From an uncultured Oligoflexus sp. (GTDB lineage Bacteria > Bdellovibrionota_B > Oligoflexia > Oligoflexales > Oligoflexaceae): DNA of 23,331 nucleotides. This document shows positions 1-8,800 of this stretch, in pieces. The stretch covers positions 1 to 23,331 of the forward strand of contig CAXSGP010000078.1 of NCBI GenBank assembly GCA_964236955.1, in the 5' to 3' direction. The notes under the pieces were generated by a model. The model saw only the letters and a program-made list of their open reading frames with translations, did not search any database and was not told the DNA's origin. A program made the position numbers and the translations under genes. The number at the start of each line of letters is the position of its first letter. Position 1 is the stretch's first letter.

Positions 1-8
1 GCGTTACT

Positions 9-51
9 GGGGATGTTCGACGTTGGCGTAGCCAAACGTCAACAGCCCCTA
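9..51. mobile_element. Imperfect hairpin ending in a sequence resembling an IS5-family/MITE terminal inverted repeat (AAACGTCAACAGCCCC-TA); the element may extend left of the window
   Basis: GGGGATGTTCGACGTTGGC-GTA-GCCAAACGTCAACAGCCCC folds back on itself. The minus strand reads TA-GGGGCTGTTGACGTTT, similar to recalled IS5/IS427-type and MITE ends. No transposase is present in the window. Confidence 0.35.
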
Positions 52-261
52 ATAAAAAGTTGCAGTAAGTTAGGGTTTTAGGAAATCAAAATGACCAGGG
101 ACTCTATCAAAATCCCTGACGCTTCCGGCAAGAGGACATCCCATCGCCGCTCCCTTAATATTGTCAATTTTGCAACGAAAAGGTCTAAGTCTTCGCTCCC
201 TGAGCGAAGTCCGGGACAGCCGCCGCCTCAAGGCAGAGACGGGGCTTAAAAAAGGCATCAA

Positions 262-274
262 AAGCGGCTTGGCA
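262..274 (+). repeat. 13-bp direct repeat, copy 1 (AAGCGGCTTGGCA)
   Basis: Identical to 4242-4254; lies 2 bp from the GH3 stop codon. Confidence 0.7.
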
Positions 275-276
275 AA

Positions 277-3200
277 TTATGGTGCCAGCACAAAAGGAGC
301 CGACAGGGAACGGTTATCGTGGCGGTCAACGGCCTCGACAGTTAGGGTGCCGTCGCCTCTATCGTCGAGCGTGAGCTGTTCGACGGGCCGACCCATCAAT
401 CCCAGCTCCCACAGGCTCACACCGTAGCCTGTGCCACGCTCCAGGCTGGTGAGACGGATGTGGCGAGCCGCGTCAAGAGCAATCGCATGGGTCTCATTGC
501 CGCCGACGCTATCATGCACAGTAAGCAGCGCCTGCCAACTGGCGCCGTCAAGGGAGGTCTCAATTTGATAGCCGCGTGCGTAAGCTGCTTCCCAAGCAAG
601 GTCAAGACGATCGAGACTGTAGGTGGCACCGAGGTCAAGACTGATGTACTGGCCGTCGAGCGACTCGCTGCCCCAGCGGGTATTGAGGTCGCCGTCAGTA
701 GCGAACGAGGCGCGCAGATCGCCCTGCACACTGCTGGCAGTGGCCTGGGCCTGACGCGCTACATTGCGGTGTGTGACATCGCGGTCAGCAGCAGGCAGAG
801 TGGCTACAATCTGTCCGTTCAGGCGCACAAGGTACTCTTTCATACCACTCTCAGCATCGCCTGCACTTAGCCATGTAACAAGGACATGATTTTCGCTACG
901 ATGCGTGGCGATGACCTGCGGTGCGCTCGGCGCCACACTATCGACAAAATCAAAGCTTACACTTGAGCTGGCCGTGGTCTGCTCCGCCCAGTTGCGAGCC
1001 CGCACGATGAGTTCGTGGCTACCCTTCGACAGTGCGAGTCCCCGTGCGTCGAAGGTGGTGGCGCGTGTGGTGGCGCGCAGGGCACCGTCAAGCCACAGCT
1101 CATAGGACTGAATTCCGGTTTCTAGGTCACTGGAGGCCGTCCAGGTAAAGAGGGGGGCGCTGCTAAAAAGCTGGCCGGGCATCGGCCTGGTTATGCGCGG
1201 CGTAGCGGGCGGCGATGCATCCACGAGATGGAAGTCCTCATAGCCCGCACCGTATGGAAAGAGGGGATGACCAAAAGTGGGCGGTACATGCTGATCGGCC
1301 GCGATCAGATCGCGAATTTGTGTGCGCTCGGCATCGCTGGCGCCAAGGTCGAAGGGTAAGTCCCATTTCTCCGCGCCCGGGCTTTCCGGATAGTGGTCGA
1401 GGCCTACCTGGGCCATGTCCCGTGGCAGCTGGAAGGGCAGTTTTCCCTGCGGTTTGATATCGCCGAACAGGAGACGCGCTATAGCGGGTCCACCGCTGCC
1501 ACCTGGTCTATAGGCAACGGCGATCGCATCGGCCTGCGGCAGCTCCGCAGTGATCACGTAGGGTCGCGGCATCAGGTAAACCAGCACGATCGGAATACGC
1601 TGAGCTGCGAGGTAATCGATCAAACCGCGCTCTTCGCTTGGTAGATAGGGCGCTTCCTTGTTCCAGAAAGTGCCGTGCGTGTAAGAACGTTCACCGACCA
1701 CCACGATGGCCGCAGCGTAGCCCTGGTTCGACGGCTGAAGCGATGGATCGATCACAGCCGTTAGGCCAGCCTCTGTCGCCCGTTTCTCAATGGCTTGAGC
1801 GATGGTCTTTTCACCTAGCAAAGGTTGAAATCCACTGCGCCATATGCACAGTGCCTCCCCATCGGTCGCCCTTGGGCCCGTAACGAGCAGCTTGGCACCT
1901 TTATCGAGTCGTAAGGGCAGGATATTATTGTTCTTAAGCAGCGTAAGTGAAGCCTCGGCAGCCCGTTGGGAAAGAGCCACATTAGCATCACTATGGTGTA
2001 CTGCGGCGACCCGCTCCTGCTCTCCGTAAGGATTTTCGAAGAGACCGAGCTTAAACTTAACGCGCAGGATGCGTCTAAGTGCTTTGTGCAGGCGGTTTGA
2101 ATCGACACCCTTTATAAAAGCGCTCATGTCTATGTTGGAAGGGTTAGCGCCACCCATTACGTCGCTGCCGGCATTGGCGGCGCGGATCCATGCTCCACTG
2201 GGCAGCCAGTCGGTCATGATCAAGCCGTCATAGCTTAGGGCCTCGCGTAAATAAGAAAGGATGCCGATGCTGTCACCTGCTCCAGGACCACCGGGATGAA
2301 GAAAAGAGCTGCCGGCGTAACCAGGCATAATTGCAGCCGTACCGGCATCGATTGCACCTTTGAACGGCTTCATGTGATAGTTAATTGTGACGCCGTCGTA
2401 AACGATGCCCGCTTCACCGCCCGCGCCCTCGCCAGGCCAATGTTTGATAGTGGCTAAGATCGAGTCAGGTGCTAGCTCGGGACCGCCCTGATAGCCCGCA
2501 ATCATCGCCCGCATCAGCGCGGCAACCAGCTCGGCGTCCTCACCCCCTCCTTCCTGGATGCGCGGATAAATAACTTTGGTCCCTACCTCAGCGATCGGCC
2601 CAAGTGTTCCGCGATAGCCGGCCACGACTTGTTCGCCCCGTTGCATGTTGGCAGCTTCATAGGCAAGTCTGGGCTGCCGCGTGGCTGCCATGCCCACACC
2701 CGTCGGAAAGCTTGTAATGTAGCCATGGGTGGTATCGCCGGTCGAGATAAATGGGATGCCGAGACGGGTCCGAGCGCTGGCTTTTTGGAAATCGATCAGG
2801 TCCTCTGGACGTGCCGGACCGAAGTGCCACCCCGCAGTCGGGAATGATTCAGCCACGAAAAACAGCTGCATAGCCTTCTCCTCGATGGTCATCCGACTGA
2901 TCAGGTCATCAATGCGCGTCTCGACGGGCAAGGTCCAGTTTTCGTAGGGCTCTATGCTGCCATTCTTATTAAGGTCGCGAAAGCCGTTCACACTGCCCAC
3001 GCCGTCATCAATCTGCTCAAGCTTTGGCAGGTATAAAGCGAAACTGCGTTTCTCGCTCGTAAGCACGCCTGCTCCCGTCACGGCCTCCACGTACCAGCGA
3101 TACGTCCAGCGATCAGGCAGCGCCGCAGGTGTAAAGCTGGTGCTGGCAGTAGTGCCCAACAAAGTGTAACGATCCAGCAGTGAGCCTGGTTTACTGAAGT

Positions 3201-3900
3201 CGTAATCGCTACGCGTGACGTTCAGGTAGACTCGATAGGATGTAGCCCCTGCCACTGCCGGCCAGCTCAGAACAGGCTGGCGAGACTGGTGCACCACATC
3301 GTTATGGGCAGGCGATCCCAGCGTGAAGTCGCCAGGACGGGGCTTGGCTTCCGGAAAGAAAATGGGATCCTCGTAGACGGCTGCCTTCTCGTCGCTTCCT
3401 GTGGCCACAAGGGCCACATTCACCTGGCGATTGCCATCCATCTGCACCGTCAGAGGGTTCCCGACGCGGCCACTCTCAACGAAGTGCGGAATGCGTCCAA
3501 AAGTGGAGTTGGCGCGCACGCTCAAGGTCACTGGACCGCCGTCGTAGTGCACGAGCTGCTCGAGCGTATTGTTCTGAATGCGGAATACGTTCGTGCCCTC
3601 GCGCGGTGGCGGCGTTAATTCGACCTCAAGATACTCGACGTAGGGCACCGACAATAAGAGGGCAAATGGCCCCTCGCGATTCGACTCACTGACGCAGGTC
3701 AATTGCCGAAGAGGCGGGCCATCGGTCGTGCCACCCTTGACTTCATCAACGCAATTACCGCGGGACTTATCGAGCTCAGAGGCCATGCCTGAGACTTGTG
3801 ACGCGGTCGCTATCTGGGATCGTCCGGAAGGGGCTCCCTTGTTGGAACAGCTTAGGGTTACGGCGACAAGCATTCCACATGTCAGAATTCTGTTAAACAA
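277..3900 (-). CDS. Secreted/lipoprotein glycoside hydrolase family 3 (beta-glucosidase-like) with FN3/Ig-like modules and an F5/8 type C (CBM32-like) domain
   Basis: 1207-aa ORF with a TTG start and GGAG RBS at 3908-3911. Hydrophobic leader ends in TLSC. GH3 motifs: DLNKNGSIEPYENW..RMTIEEK, IKHWPG, nucleophile motif GLIMTDW, TLLKN, GKLPFQLP and PLFPYGAG. The C-terminus has the discoidin signature NVA..ATASS..ATDGDLNTRWGS..ISLDLG..AWEAAYARGY. Confidence 0.92.
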   Translation of the reverse strand: MFNRILTCGMLVAVTLSCSNKGAPSGRSQIATASQVSGMASELDKSRGNCVDEVKGGTTDGPPLRQLTCVSESNREGPFALLLSVPYVEYLEVELTPPPREGTNVFRIQNNTLEQLVHYDGGPVTLSVRANSTFGRIPHFVESGRVGNPLTVQMDGNRQVNVALVATGSDEKAAVYEDPIFFPEAKPRPGDFTLGSPAHNDVVHQSRQPVLSWPAVAGATSYRVYLNVTRSDYDFSKPGSLLDRYTLLGTTASTSFTPAALPDRWTYRWYVEAVTGAGVLTSEKRSFALYLPKLEQIDDGVGSVNGFRDLNKNGSIEPYENWTLPVETRIDDLISRMTIEEKAMQLFFVAESFPTAGWHFGPARPEDLIDFQKASARTRLGIPFISTGDTTHGYITSFPTGVGMAATRQPRLAYEAANMQRGEQVVAGYRGTLGPIAEVGTKVIYPRIQEGGGEDAELVAALMRAMIAGYQGGPELAPDSILATIKHWPGEGAGGEAGIVYDGVTINYHMKPFKGAIDAGTAAIMPGYAGSSFLHPGGPGAGDSIGILSYLREALSYDGLIMTDWLPSGAWIRAANAGSDVMGGANPSNIDMSAFIKGVDSNRLHKALRRILRVKFKLGLFENPYGEQERVAAVHHSDANVALSQRAAEASLTLLKNNNILPLRLDKGAKLLVTGPRATDGEALCIWRSGFQPLLGEKTIAQAIEKRATEAGLTAVIDPSLQPSNQGYAAAIVVVGERSYTHGTFWNKEAPYLPSEERGLIDYLAAQRIPIVLVYLMPRPYVITAELPQADAIAVAYRPGGSGGPAIARLLFGDIKPQGKLPFQLPRDMAQVGLDHYPESPGAEKWDLPFDLGASDAERTQIRDLIAADQHVPPTFGHPLFPYGAGYEDFHLVDASPPATPRITRPMPGQLFSSAPLFTWTASSDLETGIQSYELWLDGALRATTRATTFDARGLALSKGSHELIVRARNWAEQTTASSSVSFDFVDSVAPSAPQVIATHRSENHVLVTWLSAGDAESGMKEYLVRLNGQIVATLPAADRDVTHRNVARQAQATASSVQGDLRASFATDGDLNTRWGSESLDGQYISLDLGATYSLDRLDLAWEAAYARGYQIETSLDGASWQALLTVHDSVGGNETHAIALDAARHIRLTSLERGTGYGVSLWELGLMGRPVEQLTLDDRGDGTLTVEAVDRHDNRSLSAPFVLAP

Positions 3901-4241
3901 TGTCTTACTCCAGCAAGAGGCGCCGCACTTAGGAGGGCAGCGGTACAGATTTTTTCAATCTTATCGAGACATCTAATGACTTTGCTGTCTTAAATTTTGT
4001 GTCACTTAGGCGATGACAGCATCGCGAACGAATAGAAATGGTCCTTTTTCTATCACACAGTTTTCGCAATTTGAAAGCATATTTACAGACTGGCTTCCGA
4101 TAGCGACAGTTGCATATTCTGGAGCCGGTCTGGGTGTCTTTCATTACCGTTTCTGTCGCTGTTGCAAGACGGGTTGGAATTATTGCGGTTAGAGATGCTC
4201 GCCTAACATCGTGCTTTGCACGCGTCGGGACATTATAAGAC

Positions 4242-4254
4242 AAGCGGCTTGGCA
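4242..4254 (+). repeat. 13-bp direct repeat, copy 2 (AAGCGGCTTGGCA)
   Basis: Identical to 262-274. Confidence 0.7.
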
Positions 4255-4402
4255 CTCGAACTCTGTTCAAGCCCTGTTGGGATGGTCCATAAGCCCAGCG
4301 AATGTTTCCGCATCGCTGATGCCTGGGATAGTTCGGTGGTTGTCCTATAAAATAGGAAAAAATTACAATATTGAAACAAGCATAAGTCTGCGAATGGCCC
4401 CA

Positions 4403-5743
4403 CTATTGAGCCATAATCCGAAGGGCGAGAGTGCGGCACATGGTCCCCTTTGCCTCGGTACTCAATAAATCCTGCGTGGCGCCGAAGTAGGAGATGGCTT
4501 CGAATGATCCCGAAACTCCTGAAGGAATCGGACCTTCGCGATCGAGAATATCCCACATAAGCTGGCCGCGTTCAGAAGCCTTGAATCCCAGGGGGTCACT
4601 AAATTTTAAATATTCTCCGAGCCGGACGGGCTTCCAGTATCTTGAAAGTTCAACGTCGTTTTTGAAAGTATCAGCCCAGATAAAGCCAAGAAGAGAGGAA
4701 CGAAAGGTATTAAGACTTGGAGAATAATTGGGTTGATCAAAAATCGAAGTCTCACCCTTTTCCAAATGCCACTCGGAACGGGGGTCAATTGCGAAGTATT
4801 TTCTCACATAGTTATCGATGGTATCGACTCCCATTAGAGCCGATATTTGTTCCGTAAGTTTTGGCTCAAGCACGGCTGGGCAATCCGCCAAATAAAAGAA
4901 AAGTCCTAGCCTGCCCGCTGCGAACTGGGGGGACCCAAGAATCGCTGCGCTTCGTGCATGGCTCTGATGCCTCATTAAAAGAGTTCCCAGGTGAAAGTTG
5001 GGACGGAATTCGATAGCCAACTTATAATCCCCTCGCTCTGTTCCCGGCTGTCCCTCTTTCAATGGCCGAAAAGGTGCTACTGGCGACTGTGGATTGAGAG
5101 CAAAACTAAGAGATTTGTAACGTGGGTGATCGACTGCCAATTTCCTAAAACGTAGGTAATTTTCTTTTTCTTCTGCCCCGAGTTCCAGAATATCGTCGCG
5201 ACTTCCATAGGTTCCTGGCCAACGGGCATAAGGACCCCAGATATAGTGGGGACTCGGGCCGTGACATAGCATGCAACGCGAGGGATTGGCCTGCGAAAAG
5301 ATAGCCTTTCCCTGACCGGAATCATCGGGCGGAAACTGAATCGAGCGGAATTCGAGCTGACTGTTGCTGGGATTTACCGAAGCTATCTCTAAATTCCCGT
5401 AACCAGGCTGCGAGGGATGCCCATTAAATGCCATCACTGTCCGCGCGTCATTGCCGAACATGATAATCCGCGGATTCTCGTAACTGGCTTCCTGTAAGCT
5501 CTGGCTTTGATGCATGAGGCTAAAACGGGATCGGAACGATTCAGGAAGCCGCTCTAATATCGCTGCAATGCTAAGCGTTTGGCCCGGGTGCTCCGCTTCA
5601 AAAGCCTCTATTGCTGCTTTGATATCGTCAAAACCTGGGGCAATGCCTGCATCTGAAGCCGAACGAGCGTAACATGGGCTTGCAAACATTGTCCCAATAA
5701 AAAGAAATTTTTTGGTAAAACTGGCGATTTTTGCAAATTTCAT
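4403..5743 (-). CDS. Uncharacterised exported protein with a single CxxCH motif (putative c-type cytochrome)
   Basis: The ORF track starts at 5791, but the ATG at 5743 (MKFAKIASF..) follows a GAGGA RBS and begins a signal-peptide-like segment. Contains NPSRCMLCHG followed by WGPYARWPGTYGSRDD. Confidence 0.75.
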   Translation of the reverse strand: MKFAKIASFTKKFLFIGTMFASPCYARSASDAGIAPGFDDIKAAIEAFEAEHPGQTLSIAAILERLPESFRSRFSLMHQSQSLQEASYENPRIIMFGNDARTVMAFNGHPSQPGYGNLEIASVNPSNSQLEFRSIQFPPDDSGQGKAIFSQANPSRCMLCHGPSPHYIWGPYARWPGTYGSRDDILELGAEEKENYLRFRKLAVDHPRYKSLSFALNPQSPVAPFRPLKEGQPGTERGDYKLAIEFRPNFHLGTLLMRHQSHARSAAILGSPQFAAGRLGLFFYLADCPAVLEPKLTEQISALMGVDTIDNYVRKYFAIDPRSEWHLEKGETSIFDQPNYSPSLNTFRSSLLGFIWADTFKNDVELSRYWKPVRLGEYLKFSDPLGFKASERGQLMWDILDREGPIPSGVSGSFEAISYFGATQDLLSTEAKGTMCRTLALRIMAQ

Positions 5744-5845
5744 CGCATCTTCCTCTTCAAAAGTTAGGAATGATTGAATAATGATCTGCAATATAATGTC
5801 AATTTATTTTGCTTTGAAAATAGGCCCCTCCTGTTCGATACCGAA

Positions 5846-8800
5846 TCAAGCCGCTCCTGATCTTCTTGATTTCATTAGCCAAAGGCGAATAGTCTCATCC
5901 AGATTATCGGATTTTATGGGCTTGGATAGATAATCATTCATGCCTACGGCTTTACAGTGGTCACCGTCTCCTTTCATGGCATTTGCTGTCAGGGCGATGA
6001 TCGGAATGCTGCTTGGATATTTTGAATCCCTTCGAATGAGAGTTGTCGCTTCATACCCATCCATTTCGGGCATCTGACAGTCCATCAAGACGAGGTCGTA
6101 GGGGATATTTAACAGTGCAGTCAAAGCCTCCCTGCCGTTACCTACGACATCAACCCGAAAACCTAATTTCGTCAGCATCTTTGCTATAACAACCTGGTTA
6201 ATTTGGTTATCTTCGGCTACCAGGATGCGGGCGGATACAGGCGCTCTGTTTTTCAATGGTGCCAAAGCTTTGGGATGAATCTCTTTTCTCTCAGAAAACT
6301 TAAGATTTACCGTAAACCAAAAGGTTGAACCCTCATTGACAACGCTTTTAACCCCGATCGATCCGCCCATGCATTCCACTAACTTTTTGCAAATTGTAAG
6401 GCCGAGCCCGGTGCCTCCGAAGCGCCTTGCGGTGGTGCTGTCGGCCTGAGTGAATGCCTTGAACAGCTTGCCGATATCATGTTCGGTTATACCTAATCCG
6501 GTGTCCAAAACCTCGATTTTCAGCCTATCACTGCCGCTACCGTCAACAGCTGCCTTGACAGTCACCAATCCCTTAGCCGTAAATTTGATAGCGTTGCTGA
6601 TAAGGTTATTCAATATCTGCCGGAATCGACCGGGGTCACCAAAGACAAAGGTGGGCAGATCCTGAGAAAGGTCGCTTAATAGCTTAATACCCTTCTTCTC
6701 GGCCCCAAAGCGCATGGTTTTCACGACGTCATGGAAGAGTTCAACAAGATTAAATTCCAGCAGTTCGAAATCCAGTTTTCCAGCTTCAATTTTTGAAAAG
6801 TCCAATATATCATTTATCACTGTCAAAAGGCTTTCGCCGGATCGCCTCACAGCATCAGCATATTCAAATTGCTCCGGCGACAAATTGGAATCAAGAAGCA
6901 GGCCGGTCATACCTAAGACGCCATTTATCGGAGTCCTAATTTCGTGACTCATGTTCGCCAGGAACTCCGATTTCAAACGGGATGATTCCAGGGCACCTTG
7001 CTCTCTTATTGTTAATTCGGATCGGTCCCGCTCAGCATTCACCCGCGCGGTCACATCAATGGATAGGCCGATGACACTGGTGACCTCGTCTTTTTCGTTC
7101 GCAATCGGCACGACGAAGGTGTCATAGCAACCACCATGATAATAGACGTTGAGATTGGAGGCCTTTCCCTGCAAGGCGTCACGCATGGCTGATAAAAGCT
7201 CGACGCTCTCTTTATGAGTATCATAGATTGATTGGCCCAAGCGGTCCTCTGGGGTCAGGCCGAGCTGCTTTAATGCCTTGCCATCTGATAATGTGAAGAG
7301 CCCGTTTTTATCAGTAGACCAGATGGCTATTGGAGCATTGTCAATGACCGTCTTTAATTGCTTTTGGCTTTTTATTAATTCAGAAGCCAAAATCTTGCGC
7401 TCATGGATGTCTACGCAGGTGCCGTACCACTTGGTAATGAGACCATTTTTATCCCTCACGGGCAAAGCGCGGCCGAGGTACCATCTATATTCACTGAGCC
7501 TTTGATCCCAAAATCGATATTCGATTTCGTAATCCTCTCCTGTCTCCACCGACGCGTACCATTTTTTTAGACATGGGACGGTATCGTCCTCATGCATGAT
7601 TGGAAGCCAGCTGTTATCGCCCCCGCTACCTCTGGGAAAGCCGGTAAGGTCATACCATCTTTCATTGTAATAATCCAAGTATCCATCTGGGTTGGCCGTC
7701 CAGACGATTTGGGGCATGGAATCGGCAAGTTTTCTAAAGCTTGCTTCGCTTTCTCTTAACTTTTTCGTTTCATTCAAAATACAATTTTCAAGATTCGCGT
7801 TGAGGTGACGAATATATTCCTCGGATTCTATACGATCCGTCATGTCTCTTCCCGCTGCATAAACGCTGTCTCCGACGGCCACCGCCTTCCAGGCGATCCA
7901 CTTGTATCGGCCGTCTTTGCAGCGCCATCTGTTTTGAAACGCCATAGTCGGATTGCCGTCTTTGAGGCTTTGCGTTTCGTTGTTGGTCTTCACCACATCC
8001 TCAGGATGAACAAAGGACGATAGGGGAGAGGCCAGCAACTCTTGCGTCGTATAGCCGAAGACCTCTTCAAATGAGGGATTCACCCGAGTAAAATATCCGT
8101 CATGATTAGCGATAGCGAGCATGTCGAGAGAACAGCTGAAGAATTTTTCCAGTCGATCTTCACTGGCCTGCAGCGCGATGTCAGCCATCCTCATTTCTGT
8201 AAGGTCAAGAATAGTGTAGGAATAGCGATCTCGATTTTCTTCGCCTGGCCCGATATAGTTAACGGTGGAGGAAATCCATTGGGTAGTACCCTCATGCTCG
8301 TATTTAGCCTCAAATGTCATGGGCTTCCGATGGTCTTTGCTCATTTTGTATTGTTCCAAATACTTCGGCAAAGCATCAAATGTGACTCCAAGATCAGTCA
8401 CCCATTTGTTTTTCATCTCTTCTATGGATCGGCGGTTGGATAGGGCCGAAGCTTTATTGCCCCGGACATGGAATATGTTATCATCACTCGTTTCCACGAT
8501 TCCAATTCTAGCCGGTGACGAATCGAAAAAGCTTTCCATGAGCTCATGCATGTTCTTATTATCAAGTTCTGTCTTCTTGCGATCCGAAATATCTCTGATT
8601 ATCGAAGTGAAATTATGCTTCCCCTCCTGCATCCAGAAAGATAGCGACATTTCCAATTTGAACTCCGTGCCATCTTTCCTTTTGCCATCAAGTTCGACCG
8701 GATGACCAAACAGGCTTGATTCGCCGGTCTCTTTAAACCTGGCCAGACCGCTTGTATGGCTGGCGATATACCGCTCCGGCATAAGTATACTGATCGCCTT

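Noticed and set aside
4000..4160. Short inverted repeats upstream of the GH3 gene (TGTCA-N9-TGACA; AGCGACAG/CTGTCGCT)
   Set aside because: Too short to be significant without comparative data.
3929..4270. 113-aa intergenic ORF (also 70..261 and 4211..4468)
   Set aside because: No convincing RBS or recognisable domain, and the composition looks non-coding.
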